DNA from: Acidobacteriota bacterium
GTDB lineage: Bacteria; Acidobacteriota; Terriglobia; Bryobacterales; Bryobacteraceae
Assembly: GCA_037446115.1 (NCBI GenBank)
Contig: JBBIJF010000002.1
Span: forward strand, 204,994 to 268,993
Length of the DNA stretch: 64,000 nt
Direction of reading: 5' to 3'
Position numbers and translations under genes: made by a program. Shown piece by piece: positions 1 to 9,472 of this stretch. Numbering within the stretch: position 1 is the stretch's first letter; every line of letters begins with the position of its first letter. A model generated the notes under the pieces. The model made no database searches. It worked only from the letters and a program-made list of their open reading frames with translations, and was not told where the DNA came from.

Positions 1-323
1 TTCGTGGGTACGTAGATCTGCTCCACCCGGTTACGTTGAATGAAAAAGCGGCAGATCTGTGCGAATTCTTTTCGCAAGAACGGCTCACCGCCCGACAGAT
101 TGAGCGTCTCCACGCGACCAAGCTCCCGTGACAGCCGGTCGAGTTCCTCTACGGTCAGATCATCGGGACGGTTGAGATTGCGCCAGTAGAAACAGTGTTC
201 GCAGGTCTGATTGCAAATCGAGTTGATGAACAGAATCAGAAAAGGGGGGCTGGGAGCACCTCCGGGCTGGTAGTTCCGCCACGTGATGCGTGCGTGACGG
301 ATAGCCCGTTCCCAGAGACGCAT
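1..323 (-). CDS. radical SAM protein, N-terminal part (runs off the window edge); CNQTCEHC = CxxxCxxC cluster motif and GGEP motif
   Basis: Reverse-strand translation [22 protein letters not shown]...[18 protein letters not shown]...[12 protein letters not shown]; ATG at 321-323. Confidence 0.6.
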   Translation of the reverse strand, partial: MRLWERAIRHARITWRNYQPGGAPSPPFLILFINSICNQTCEHCFYWRNLNRPDDLTVEELDRLSRELGRVETLNLSGGEPFLRKEFAQICRFFIQRNRVEQIYVPT

Positions 324-452
324 CTGATCATAATAACACAAAAGCCGTCGTATTCCCTTGCCTGCAGCCGGGTGCCCCCGGAGGCGGGCCTGTGGCTTCC
401 GCGGAATCGAGGTAAACTACAGTGGGCGCATCAGGCCATCGGGAGGTGTGTT

Positions 453-890
453 ATGGCGGTCACAGTCAAGAAGGCGGTGCTCTGGCGCCGCGAGATCGAG
501 AACAAGCCGGGGGAGCTCGCCCGTACGCTGGAGCCGCTGGCCCGCAGCGGGGCCGACCTCGGCGTGGTCATGGCCTATCGTTACCCGGGCGATGAGACCC
601 GCGGGGCGGTCGAAGTTTATCCCGTAACCACCAAGAAAGCTACGGCCGCGGCCGGCGAGGCAGGGCTGAGCGCGGCAGCCATCCCCGCCCTCGTGGTCGA
701 AGGGGACAACAAACCGGGACTGGCCCACGCCGTCAGCCAAGCTTTGGCCGACGCCGGCATCAACCTGAGCTTCTTTGTAGCTCAGGCCGTGGGGCGGCGC
801 TTTTCGGCCGTCATCGGCTTTGATACCGAAGCAGATGCCCGCAAGGCGACGCCGCTGATCAAAAAAGCCGCGGCCGCCAGAAAGAAATAA
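453..890 (+). CDS. ACT-domain pair protein (putative small-molecule/amino-acid binding regulator)
   Basis: Two tandem ACT-like halves (EIENKPGELARTLEPLARSGADL / VVEGDNKPGLAHAVSQALADAGINL); GGGAGG RBS 7 nt upstream of ATG 453. Confidence 0.5.
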   Translation: MAVTVKKAVLWRREIENKPGELARTLEPLARSGADLGVVMAYRYPGDETRGAVEVYPVTTKKATAAAGEAGLSAAAIPALVVEGDNKPGLAHAVSQALADAGINLSFFVAQAVGRRFSAVIGFDTEADARKATPLIKKAAAARKK

Positions 891-923
891 ACCCGGCGGG
901 GTCAGCCCGAGGCAGCTGACCCC
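886..923 (-). terminator. GC hairpin (9-bp stem GGGGTCAGC/GCTGACCCC) followed on the minus strand by a U-rich tract; terminator for gene 958..1317, hairpin also ends the convergent gene 453..890
   Basis: Perfect inverted repeat 898-906/915-923; minus-strand downstream sequence GGGUUUAUUUCUUUCU. Confidence 0.4.
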
Positions 924-957
924 GTGTCCGACGGATACAGACCGGGGTTAAAGAGCT

Positions 958-1317
958 TCAAAGGATCTTCAGGCTCGCTACCCGGAGTGTGCCGCCGGAT
1001 TCCTCTCCGCTCACCCTGACGCGGATATTGTCTTTCTTCTTGCTGGCTTCCAAGGCCTTGACGGCCTGTTCATTGCCGGCCGCATCCAGCTTGATCACTT
1101 TACCGGCGTCGGTCACCAGCGCGTAGCCGGATTCCTTGCACGGTCCCATGAGCGCACAGTCCCGGGTGTGCATCTTTGCAGCCTTGACGCCCTCTTTTTC
1201 GACCTTGGCCGAGCACATGTTGTCCATCAGGAAACCTTCGAACTCGGCGGCGGAGGCCGCCAGGGCCAACGCAGCACCAACTGCGCTCACACACAGCAGA
1301 CGTTGCAACTTCGACAT
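958..1317 (-). CDS. small secreted Cys-containing protein (signal peptide MSKLQRLLCVSAVGAALALAASA), function unknown
   Basis: Internal ATG at 1315-1317 preceded by GGAGG RBS; N-terminal signal peptide; four Cys. Confidence 0.45.
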   Translation of the reverse strand: MSKLQRLLCVSAVGAALALAASAAEFEGFLMDNMCSAKVEKEGVKAAKMHTRDCALMGPCKESGYALVTDAGKVIKLDAAGNEQAVKALEASKKKDNIRVRVSGEESGGTLRVASLKIL

Positions 1318-1430
1318 ACTCCCTCCTTGAGATACAGCAGGTTGCCGTCGGGGACCGGAACGGGTCCGGCCTCCCACAGTGAACTTCGCTCCAGGGTCCG
1401 CGAAGTTACGCCCCGACTGGCGTGTAACTT

Positions 1431-1460
1431 TTGACACTGCGGCTTCGAATTGCGAATATT
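1431..1460 (+). promoter_or_regulatory. candidate sigma70-type promoter (TTGACA-N18-AATATT) upstream of the ECF sigma factor gene
   Basis: Exact TTGACA at 1431-1436 in an AT-richer patch, -10-like AATATT at 1455-1460, about 60 nt upstream of ATG 1521. Confidence 0.3.
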
Positions 1461-1520
1461 GTGGTATTGGCCGGAGCCCCAACGCCGTTGCGCCTTCAAG
1501 AGGAGAGTCTTGAGAGCCTC

Positions 1521-2045
1521 ATGGTGCGCTACCAGAGCGCCGACGAGGAGGCGGCTGCCGAACTGATCCGGAGAGTGTCCCCGGCCCTTTTAAAATATCT
1601 GGCGGCACGTATCCCGGTGCGCCGCGATCTCGAAGATCTGTTGCAGGAGTGCTGGTTGCGGATTCACGGCGCGCGTCACAGTTATCGGCCGGGCGAGCCG
1701 GTACTGCCCTGGGTCTTCGCGATCGTCCATCACACCTGGGTGGACAGCTACCGGCGCTTCCGGCGGATACAGGCCAAGGAAACGGCGGTCGAAGATCTTC
1801 GCGAGGGACTCCAGCCCGCCACCGACCCGGCAGGCTCATCCGGCCTGTTGCTGGAGCAGCTTCTGAAAGAGCTTCCCGAAAGCCAGCGGGAGGTGATCTT
1901 GCTGCTCAAAGTCAGCGGCATGAGCCTGGAGGAGGTGGCTCGGGCAACCTCCTCGACCGTGGGCGCCGTAAAACAGAAAGCGCACCGGGCTTACGAAAAA
2001 CTCCGTAAGGTGCTCGCCGAACGTGGCGGAGCCGAAGCAATATGA
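1521..2045 (+). CDS. RNA polymerase ECF-type sigma-70 factor
   Basis: Sigma region 2 (LLQECWLRIHGARHSYRPGEPVLPWVFAIVHHTWVDSYRR) and region 4 (QREVILLLKVSGMSLEEVARATSSTVGAVKQKAHRAYEKLR); start taken at internal ATG 1521 (TTG 1431 also possible). Confidence 0.75.
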   Translation: MVRYQSADEEAAAELIRRVSPALLKYLAARIPVRRDLEDLLQECWLRIHGARHSYRPGEPVLPWVFAIVHHTWVDSYRRFRRIQAKETAVEDLREGLQPATDPAGSSGLLLEQLLKELPESQREVILLLKVSGMSLEEVARATSSTVGAVKQKAHRAYEKLRKVLAERGGAEAI

Positions 2046-2845
2046 CGTGTCAGGAAATCAACGAACTGCTTGACAGGAGACTGGTTGCGGCCGGCGCCGC
2101 CCTGCCGCAGGCCGTGCTGGAGCACCTGGAGCGCTGCGAGGGATGCCGGCGTCTGGTCCGGTTCCTGTGTCCGGAGTCGCAGCCGGAGTCCCCGCGCATT
2201 GCCGAAGAAACCTTCGAGCGCATCACGCGATGCCTGCAAGCTTCTCTGCACCCGGTCAAGCCGGTTCCGGCGGCGGGGTTCTTCTTCGGTGCTTTCGTCG
2301 GGATCGCGGCGCTGCTCCTGCTGGCCACCCTGGCGATGAAAGGGGCGCCGGGCTGGGACGCAATGGGGTGGCGGCAGGCGCTGGTGGTTGGCCTGACGCT
2401 GGCAGCCGGTCTTTTGATGGTCGCCTTTTCCCTGAGCAGGCAGCTGTTGCCCGGAGCGCGCCAATGGATCTCCACCCGTCTGGCGTGGGCACTGGCCGTG
2501 GGGCTGTTCGGCTTTGGCGTAGCAATCGGCTTGCCGTGGAAGGCGCGCGTCGCCAAAGCGGCCGGATTCCATTGCGCACTCCATGAGCTCATGTTCGCCG
2601 CTGCCACGGCGGCCACCCTGTTGGTGATTCTCCGCCGCGGAGTTGCATTGGCGCCGGTCCGGCTTGGGGCAACGGCAGGGGCTCTTGCCGGTCTTTCCGG
2701 GGCCATGGTGCTCCACTTCCAGTGCACCGTACCGGAGGCCCCTCACGTGCTGCTCTGGCACGTCACCGTGCCGGTCCTGTGTGCGGCCGGGGGGGCGCTT
2801 GCAGGATACTTGTGGCAACGGCGGCTCCGGAGGGAGGCTCCGTAA
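2042..2845 (+). CDS. anti-sigma factor, N-terminal zinc-finger (HLERCEGC) anti-sigma domain plus multi-pass membrane domain
   Basis: ATGA start/stop overlap with the sigma factor gene; HxxxCxxC motif; six predicted TM helices. Confidence 0.65.
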   Translation: MTCQEINELLDRRLVAAGAALPQAVLEHLERCEGCRRLVRFLCPESQPESPRIAEETFERITRCLQASLHPVKPVPAAGFFFGAFVGIAALLLLATLAMKGAPGWDAMGWRQALVVGLTLAAGLLMVAFSLSRQLLPGARQWISTRLAWALAVGLFGFGVAIGLPWKARVAKAAGFHCALHELMFAAATAATLLVILRRGVALAPVRLGATAGALAGLSGAMVLHFQCTVPEAPHVLLWHVTVPVLCAAGGALAGYLWQRRLRREAP

Positions 2846-2860
2846 CCTTATCTACCGGGC

Positions 2861-3208
2861 ATGCGAATGCCCAGATGGGGGACAACAATGTTTCCGACAG
2901 CCTTTGCTACGCCCGGATACAACGCTTCCGAGACGCGTGACAGGAAGGCGCGGCTGACCCGCAAAGAGGCCGAATTGCTGGACCTTCTGCGGCGTCACGC
3001 CGGCCAGGTTCTGACGCGAGACTATTTGCTACAGAGCGTGTGGCGCTACGAAGCCGGTACGCGTACGCGCACTCTGGACGTACACATCCAGCGCCTCCGC
3101 CGGAAGCTCGCACCCGAAGATGCCCGGCGCATCCTCACCATTTTCCGGACCGGATACTGCTGGAGAGGAAACGGAGAGGGAGACGAGCACGGCGGCGCCG
3201 TAGAATGA
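2861..3208 (+). CDS. stand-alone OmpR/PhoB-type winged-helix DNA-binding protein (trans_reg_C domain only, no receiver)
   Basis: LTRKEAELLDLLRRHAGQVLTRDYLLQSVWRYEAGTRTRTLDVHIQRLRRKL...IFRTGYCW matches the OmpR C-terminal domain; start may be a later ATG at 2888. Confidence 0.55.
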   Translation: MRMPRWGTTMFPTAFATPGYNASETRDRKARLTRKEAELLDLLRRHAGQVLTRDYLLQSVWRYEAGTRTRTLDVHIQRLRRKLAPEDARRILTIFRTGYCWRGNGEGDEHGGAVE

Positions 3209-3404
3209 CCGCATGTTCGAGGCGCTCCTCAGGGACTTGCGCCGAGCTACGACTGGCCGCTACTGAGGAGCGCCAGCGGCGCGTCCGGCAATTCTTCCGG
3301 CAGCCCGTGACAGCGCCGGGCGTCCCGGCCCCGGAACAGAAACACGCACCCGCCACCCTTTACCGGCTCGTGAAATCGCGGCCGGTCAGGCGCCGCAACC
3401 GCCT

Positions 3405-3905
3405 TTGCCGGAGACTTTGGGAAGGGGGGCTCCCGGAGGAAGGCAGGGTTGCCATCCACCTCTATCGCCGCTTCGCGCCACAGGCCGGAAGGGGCAATTC
3501 CGCCTCATCGAAGAGTGGGTGGCTCGCTATGTGCGCGACGGGGCGCACTGTGACGGGGTCTCGCTTTTGGGGGCAGCCGTCCGCAACGAGCCGCGCTTGG
3601 CGGAGGAACTGCTCCCGTGGACGGAGTCTCCACACCCGTGGAAGCGCCGCGCAGCGGCGGTGGCGCTGGTCGGGGAGGCAAAGCAGGGCCGCCAGCGCAA
3701 TGCCATCCTTGCCATCGCAGACAGGCTGCTTGACGACATGGTGCAGAAAGCCGTCGGGTGGCTGCTGAAAGAGACCTACCCGAGGCAAGCCGCCGCGGTG
3801 GTGAATTTTCATAGGAAACGCCGTCACCGAGCTGCCCGCATCGTACTGCGCTACGCCGCCGAGAAGATGACGCGGCAGCACCGCGAACAGGTGCTCGCCC
3901 GTTAG
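3405..3905 (+). CDS. DNA alkylation repair protein (AlkD-like HEAT-repeat glycosylase family), C-terminal 166 aa; upstream N-terminal region appears disrupted (possible pseudogene 3213..3905)
   Basis: WVARYVRDGAHCDGVSLLG...HPWKRRAAAVALVGE...MVQKAVGWLLKETYPRQ matches the DNA_alkylation family C-terminal half; expected N-terminal ~65 aa lies in 3213-3404 but is split between frames and contains an in-frame TGA at 3264. Confidence 0.5.
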   Translation: MPETLGRGAPGGRQGCHPPLSPLRATGRKGQFRLIEEWVARYVRDGAHCDGVSLLGAAVRNEPRLAEELLPWTESPHPWKRRAAAVALVGEAKQGRQRNAILAIADRLLDDMVQKAVGWLLKETYPRQAAAVVNFHRKRRHRAARIVLRYAAEKMTRQHREQVLAR

Positions 3906-4018
3906 GCGTCAGAACCGTTCGAGAGCGCTAAAAATACCATATCTTGATTATTGTGCTACTCAAGGACCTAGTGATAGCCTTGACCCAAGGTGCAGAGGGG
4001 CAAGTTAGTAACCCTGAT

Positions 4019-4042
4019 GGCTGCGGGTGCAGCCGTTTTTCT
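4019..4042 (+). terminator. canonical rho-independent terminator (stem GGCTGC/GCAGCC, loop GGGT, then GTTTTTCT)
   Basis: 6-bp perfect stem 4019-4024/4029-4034 followed by T5 tract; located 115 nt after the AlkD-like stop in an AT-rich island. Confidence 0.45.
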
Positions 4043-4070
4043 GGTGAAGCCGGCTTCGGGCCAGGGTTGA

Positions 4071-5075
4071 GTGGCGGCCAGACAGAGCGCGCCCGTGCTT
4101 GGCGCCTTGTGCAGCCGGACCGAACACCGCGCTTCCGCCTCCACGACGGCTCTGCTTGATCCGCCCAGGCGCCGCCCCTGGACCATCAGCGTGGGCTACC
4201 GGTTCCAGCCTTCTTCTCGCCATTTCGTGGGTACGGTGGAACAGAAGCAACGGGAACTCCTGCACAACCAAATCCAGAATGTCTACCATCTGTTTGACGT
4301 CTCCGTCAGCCGAATGATCACGCGCCGCTGGACGGTGAACGCGAGTCTGCCTGTGTTATTGTCCTACCGCAATCAGTTGTATGTCCCCCGCGGCGAATTC
4401 CGTGTGCGCAGTATCGGAGACGCCACGGTGGGAGCGCGGGCATGGCTCTTCCGTCCGCCCACCGAGTCGGGGGCAAACATCGGACTTGGGTTCAATCTCA
4501 AGCTTCCGACAGGTAAGTACGACGCGATGGGCTTGGCGAGGGATCGCAGCGGCAACGTGATTCTCGCCACAGCCGATCAATCCATTCAGGCCGGCGACGG
4601 AGGCACCGGTTTCTCGGTTGATATACAGGCATACAGGCCTTTTTACGGCGCTACGATGCTTTACTTTTCCGGGACATATCTGTTTAACCCGCGCAATACC
4701 AATGGCGTCTCGACGTTCCGTACGCGCCGCGGCGAAGAAGTCATGTCGGTGGCGGATCAATACCTGGCGCGCGGCGGCGTAAGCCGGGCGCTCCCCAGGT
4801 TTCGCAATATCACCGTCACCTTCGGGGGAAGAATCGAAGGAGTTCCGGTGCGGGATCTGATCGGGGCGAGCGACGGTTTCCGCCGGCCGGGCTATGCAAT
4901 TTCGCTCGACCCGGGATTCATGGTCACCTTGCGAGGCTCCGTATTTTCCTGCAACGTGCCGTTCGCAGTGGAACGGAACCGGCGTCGCAGCGTCACAGAC
5001 ATCGCCAACGGCACACATGGCGATGCGGCTTTCGCCGACTATGCGCTCATCCTGGGGTTCTCCCGCAACTTCTGA
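4071..5075 (+). CDS. putative outer-membrane beta-barrel protein (C-terminal ...LGFSRNF aromatic terminus)
   Basis: Alternating amphipathic beta-strand pattern, terminal Phe; GTG start at 4071 with weak signal peptide MAARQSAPVLGALCSRTEHRASA; N-terminus uncertain. Confidence 0.5.
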   Translation: MAARQSAPVLGALCSRTEHRASASTTALLDPPRRRPWTISVGYRFQPSSRHFVGTVEQKQRELLHNQIQNVYHLFDVSVSRMITRRWTVNASLPVLLSYRNQLYVPRGEFRVRSIGDATVGARAWLFRPPTESGANIGLGFNLKLPTGKYDAMGLARDRSGNVILATADQSIQAGDGGTGFSVDIQAYRPFYGATMLYFSGTYLFNPRNTNGVSTFRTRRGEEVMSVADQYLARGGVSRALPRFRNITVTFGGRIEGVPVRDLIGASDGFRRPGYAISLDPGFMVTLRGSVFSCNVPFAVERNRRRSVTDIANGTHGDAAFADYALILGFSRNF

Positions 5076-5096
5076 GGGCGGCGGCGCCCTGCCGCC

Positions 5097-7178
5097 TCAC
5101 AAGTTGGACCGGCCCTCCACTCCGAGTTGCCACAGCAGGAACTGCAGCCGGATGGCGAGATTCTCAATCTGCTCGGACAGGGGCAAGCCGCCCGAGTGAC
5201 CTCGCCGCGTGTCATAGAGCAGAAGGACGGGGCGACCGGAACTCGTCGCCGCCTGGAGCCGCGCCGCCATTTTGCGCGCATGCAGCGGGTCCACCCGTGT
5301 GTCGGCATCCCCGGTGACGAAGAGCACGGCGGGGTAGGGCGTGCCGTCCCGCACGCGGTGATAGGGCGAATAGGCGTAGAGATACCGGAACTGTTCCGGG
5401 TCCTCCGAAGAGCCGTACTCGGCCACCCACCACCGCGCCACGGAAAATTTGTGGTAACGGATCATGTCAAGCAAAGGCGCGCCGCAGATGACCGCGCCGA
5501 ACAGCTCCGGGCGTTGCGTGAGCGCCGCTGCGACCAGCAGCCCGCCGTTACTGTTGCCGGTAATCGCCAGGCGGGAGGGCTTGGTGTACTTGTTGGCGAT
5601 GAGCCACTCGGCGGCAGCAATGAAATCGTCAAAGACGTTCTGTTTTTTGTCCAGCATCCCTGCGCGGTGCCACGCCTCGCCGAACTCCCCGCCGCCGCGC
5701 AGATTTGCCACCGCGTAAACGCCTCCGCGTTCCGCCCAGACGACGGCCAGGGGTTCGAATCCGGGTGTGGAAACGAGGTTGAAGCCTCCGTAACCCGTAA
5801 GCAGCGCGGGAGCCTCCCCGCGCGGCTTGAGCTCCTTGGCATGGAGCAGGAACATCGGTACCCGTGTGCCGTCGCGGGAGGTGAACCAGACCTGGCGGAG
5901 TGCGAACCGGTCGCTTGAGACAGGCGCCTGAGTCCGCCACCACACCTCGCGGCGCCCGGAGGAAATTTCGTAACGGTAGATCGTGGCAGGGATGTGATAC
6001 GAGCTGAACTGGAAAAAGGCCTCCCCGCTCCTCCACTCCCCGCTGACGCCGCTGACCGTTCCGAGCGCAGGAAACGCGATCTGCCGGAGGCGGCGGCCGT
6101 CGGGTTCGAATACCTCCAGGCGCGACGTCACGTTCTCCAGATAGTTGACGAAGATTTTTCCACCCGCCAGGGCGAAGCCGCGGATCACGGCCTTGCCTTC
6201 CGGGATGATCTCCCTCCAGTTGGCGCGCTCGGGTTTGTCCAGGGGGATCGCCAGAATGCGCCCGTTCGGCGCCTCCCAGTTGGTGTGCACAAACAGGGTG
6301 TCAGGACTCATCCGTCCCAAGGAGCGGGCGCGAAGTCCCTCAATGACGGCCCGCGGCGGCCCGGGCCGGGCGCGATCCATCAGGTACAGTTCGGTGCGGC
6401 CTTCGCCGCCGACGCCGTGCGTCAAATGAATCAGCAAGTACCGCCCGCTAGGAGAAAGGGAAGCGGACAGCGTCTTGTCGCGCCCCAGCCCTTCACCGAA
6501 CACGACCGGGTCGCGGGCGGGATCGGTACCGAGCTCGTGATAGTGTACGCGCGGGCCTTCGGCGCCGAACCGGACATAGTAAAAGCCGCGGTTGTCGGGA
6601 AGGAAGGAGAGGCTCGAATAGCGGGCGCGCGGCAGAATGTCCGGCCGCTCCTTGCGCGTAGCGGTTTCGAGAACCCGCACCGTCACTTCATCTTCGCCTC
6701 CGCGCCGGACGCCGTAGGCCACGAGCGAGCCGTCCTCGGACACCGCGTTCAGGGTCACCGAAACCGACCGGTCGGGACTCAACGGATGCGGATCAACCAG
6801 GACCCGCTCAGACCCTCTTGCGCCGTCTCGCGTATAAATCGCGGACAGCTCCTGATCGCGCCCCCGCCGGAAGTAGAAATAGCGGTGGTTGCGCACGACC
6901 GGCATCCCCACAAAGTCCGTGCGCATCAGTTCGGTGAGGCGCTCGCGCAGCGCCGCCCTTCCCGGCAAGGCATCCAGCACGGAGCGGGCATAGGCGGTCT
7001 GGCGTTCGATCCAGTCGCGGGTCTCCGGGCTGTTGCCGTCCTCGAGCCAGCGGTAGGGATCCGCAATCCGGACGCCATAGAGGACGTCCGTGACGGGATC
7101 CGTGCGCGTGGATGGAGGCTTGACGTCCGCCGCGAGCGCTGCGGCCGTGAACACAACAGACAGGAGTCTCAACAGCAT
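5097..7178 (-). CDS. prolyl oligopeptidase family serine peptidase (S9), secreted
   Basis: GNSNGGLLVAAAL Ser-nucleophile motif, C-terminal alpha/beta hydrolase plus N-terminal beta-propeller region; signal peptide [17 protein letters not shown] from ATG 7176-7178. Confidence 0.85.
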   Translation of the reverse strand: MLLRLLSVVFTAAALAADVKPPSTRTDPVTDVLYGVRIADPYRWLEDGNSPETRDWIERQTAYARSVLDALPGRAALRERLTELMRTDFVGMPVVRNHRYFYFRRGRDQELSAIYTRDGARGSERVLVDPHPLSPDRSVSVTLNAVSEDGSLVAYGVRRGGEDEVTVRVLETATRKERPDILPRARYSSLSFLPDNRGFYYVRFGAEGPRVHYHELGTDPARDPVVFGEGLGRDKTLSASLSPSGRYLLIHLTHGVGGEGRTELYLMDRARPGPPRAVIEGLRARSLGRMSPDTLFVHTNWEAPNGRILAIPLDKPERANWREIIPEGKAVIRGFALAGGKIFVNYLENVTSRLEVFEPDGRRLRQIAFPALGTVSGVSGEWRSGEAFFQFSSYHIPATIYRYEISSGRREVWWRTQAPVSSDRFALRQVWFTSRDGTRVPMFLLHAKELKPRGEAPALLTGYGGFNLVSTPGFEPLAVVWAERGGVYAVANLRGGGEFGEAWHRAGMLDKKQNVFDDFIAAAEWLIANKYTKPSRLAITGNSNGGLLVAAALTQRPELFGAVICGAPLLDMIRYHKFSVARWWVAEYGSSEDPEQFRYLYAYSPYHRVRDGTPYPAVLFVTGDADTRVDPLHARKMAARLQAATSSGRPVLLLYDTRRGHSGGLPLSEQIENLAIRLQFLLWQLGVEGRSNL

Positions 7179-7345
7179 TTGGGCCTCACATATTTGGCTT
7201 GCAGGCGCTGATCGCTGAAGCGCCGCCATTCCTCCGGCGAATGCCGGCGGCCGTGATACGCCAGATGGCGCCGGTAGGCACTCTCATCGCTCAGTTCTTG
7301 TAACAGTTCCCAGAGCAAGAAACTCGCACGTTTCAACAAGCTCAT
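7169..7345 (-). CDS. YbdD/YjiX-family small protein (DUF466), the conserved partner of CstA
   Basis: [58 protein letters not shown]; ATGA overlap with cstA stop. Confidence 0.6.
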   Translation of the reverse strand: MSLLKRASFLLWELLQELSDESAYRRHLAYHGRRHSPEEWRRFSDQRLQAKYVRPKCC

Positions 7346-9408
7346 ATTTCCTCCGGACGGAGGCGGGAAGGCACAAACGGCGCCTCCGTGACCTTGGCTT
7401 CTCGGGTGCCTCGCAAAATCCCGGCCCACACGCGGATCGAATCGGCCAGGATCAGGGCCACCAGGAACAGGAAAATCCCGCAGACGGCCGCGTCCAGACG
7501 GGCGTTGAAGATCAGCGCCTGGCTTTCCGCGACTTTGGCCGCGGCGATCTGACCGGAACGCAGGGCGCTTTCCAGATGGTCGGCCTGCGCCAGAAATCCG
7601 ACTCTAGGCTCCGGCGAGAAGATCTTCTGCCAGCCCGCCGTGAAGGTCACCACCACGAGCCAGGCCAGAGGCAGGCACGTGATCCACATGTAACGGGCGC
7701 GATGCATCTTGATGAGGATCGTGGTCGCCACACACAGCGCGATCGCAGCCAGCAACTGGTTGGCGATGCCGAACAGCGGCCACAGGGAGTTGATGCCCCC
7801 TAAAGGATCCCGGACGCCCTGGATCAGGAAATAACCCCACGCCAGCACGACCACAGCGCTCGCTCCGATCACGCCCGGCATCCAGCTCGTCCGCCCGAGG
7901 GACTTGTGCAGATGACCCAGCAAGTCCTGCAGCATGAAGCGTCCCACACGCGTGCCGGCGTCAATGATCGTGAGAATGAACAGCGCCTCGAACATGATGG
8001 CGAAGTGGTACCAGAAGCCGACAATGGCTCTGCCGCCGGCACCCGTGGCGAAAATATGCGCCATGCCCAGCGCCAGGGACGGCGCACCTCCGGTGCGGTA
8101 AAACAGCGTGTGCTCTCCCACGTCGCGAGCCAGCTGTTCCATTTCACCCACGGTGACGGGGAATCCCCACGACGTGATGGTGGCGGTCGCCGCTTCCGGC
8201 GTTGTGCCCACGATACCCGCCGGTGAGTTCACAGCGAAATAGACGCCGGGCTGCAACACGCAGGCCGCGATCATGGCCATAATGCCGACGAAACTTTCAA
8301 GCAGCATCGAACCGTAGCCCACCGGCCAGGCGTGCCACTCCTTGGCGATCATTTTGGGGGTTGTGCCGGAGGAGATCAGCGAATGAAACCCGGAAATGGC
8401 CCCGCAGGCGATGGTGATGAAACAAAACGGAAAGATTTTGCCGGCGAAGATCGGCCCCGTGCCGTCCGTGAAGCGCGTGAACGCCGGCAACTGCAACTCC
8501 GGTCGGACAAACAGAATCCCGACGCCGAGCATGAGCACGACGCCGAGCTTGACGAAGGTGCTCAGGTAATCCCGCGGCGCCAGCAGCAGCCACACCGGAA
8601 GCGCGCTGGCGAAGAATCCGTAGATGATCACGGCCACGGCCAGGCTCATGCCGCCCAGTGTGAACCACGGGGCCAGCGCCGGCGACTCCGCCACCCGCTG
8701 CCCGCCGAAGATGCTCAGCACGACCAGGGCAAACCCGATGAGGGAAACCTCCAGCACCTTGCCGGGCCGCCAGTAACGCAGGTACAGACCCATGAAGATC
8801 GCGATGGGCATCGTGGCCGCGATGGTGAAGGTTCCCCAGGGACTGCCCTTCAGCGCGTTGACCACCACCAGCGCCACCACCGCGAGCAGGATGATCATGA
8901 TGAAGAGCACCGTAAGCAAGGCGGCGATCCCGCCGGTCTTGCCGATCTCCTCCCGCGCCATCTGCCCCAGGGTCTTGCCGTCCCGGCGCATGGAGCAAAA
9001 CAGGATGACGAAGTCCTGCACCGCCCCGCCGAGCACCGCCCCGATGATGAGCCAGAGGGTGCCCGGCAGATAGCCGAACTGTGCGGCCAGCGTGGGGCCG
9101 ACGAGCGGGCCCGGACCGGCGATAGCGGCAAAGTGGTGGCCGAAGAGGATCCACTTGTTGGTGGGCTCGTAGTCGTGGCCGTTGCGCAGGCGCTCGGCGG
9201 GCGTGGCCCGGTCGTTGTTCAACACCATCACCTTGGCGGCGATAAACTTCGCGTAAAAGCGGTAGCCCACCAGATAGGTACAGGTGGCTGCCAGCACCAG
9301 CCACATGCTGTTGACCGGCTCGCCGCGTTCCAGCGCGATCCCGGCCAGGAAAAACGCCGCCCCCACTGAGACGGCTGCCCAGAACAGGTGCCCGATCAGT
9401 CGTCGCAT
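7342..9408 (-). CDS. cstA: carbon starvation protein A (peptide/pyruvate transporter CstA family)
   Basis: 688-aa polytopic membrane protein with CstA N-terminal signature ([41 protein letters not shown]). Confidence 0.9.
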   Translation of the reverse strand: MRRLIGHLFWAAVSVGAAFFLAGIALERGEPVNSMWLVLAATCTYLVGYRFYAKFIAAKVMVLNNDRATPAERLRNGHDYEPTNKWILFGHHFAAIAGPGPLVGPTLAAQFGYLPGTLWLIIGAVLGGAVQDFVILFCSMRRDGKTLGQMAREEIGKTGGIAALLTVLFIMIILLAVVALVVVNALKGSPWGTFTIAATMPIAIFMGLYLRYWRPGKVLEVSLIGFALVVLSIFGGQRVAESPALAPWFTLGGMSLAVAVIIYGFFASALPVWLLLAPRDYLSTFVKLGVVLMLGVGILFVRPELQLPAFTRFTDGTGPIFAGKIFPFCFITIACGAISGFHSLISSGTTPKMIAKEWHAWPVGYGSMLLESFVGIMAMIAACVLQPGVYFAVNSPAGIVGTTPEAATATITSWGFPVTVGEMEQLARDVGEHTLFYRTGGAPSLALGMAHIFATGAGGRAIVGFWYHFAIMFEALFILTIIDAGTRVGRFMLQDLLGHLHKSLGRTSWMPGVIGASAVVVLAWGYFLIQGVRDPLGGINSLWPLFGIANQLLAAIALCVATTILIKMHRARYMWITCLPLAWLVVVTFTAGWQKIFSPEPRVGFLAQADHLESALRSGQIAAAKVAESQALIFNARLDAAVCGIFLFLVALILADSIRVWAGILRGTREAKVTEAPFVPSRLRPEEI

Positions 9409-9472
9409 CGCTTTACCTGCCTCACATTATGAGTTCGTTGCGCGGCGCGGTTTGAGTTTCACCCGAAGCGAG

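Noticed and set aside
1-323. Radical SAM gene as possible queE for the queD/queF genes
   Set aside because: CNQTCEHC context and GGEP motif look like a generic/SPASM-type radical SAM enzyme rather than QueE. It is also 9 kb away from the que genes, across unrelated genes.
4017-4070. Mini-ORF MAAGAAVFLVKPASGQG ending in TGA directly in frame with the OMP ORF (looked like a second Sec or read-through candidate)
   Set aside because: The same nucleotides form a perfect terminator hairpin plus T-tract. No redox motif around the TGA. Explained as an RNA element, not recoding.
5752-5762. GGTTCGAATCC, the classic tRNA T-arm motif
   Set aside because: Lies inside the well-supported S9 peptidase coding sequence. 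No matching acceptor/anticodon arms around it. Chance occurrence.
8297-9369. Overlapping 335-aa (minus) and 345-aa (plus) ORFs
   Set aside because: Both lie within cstA, in other frames or antisense. Arg/His/Asp-rich low-complexity translations.
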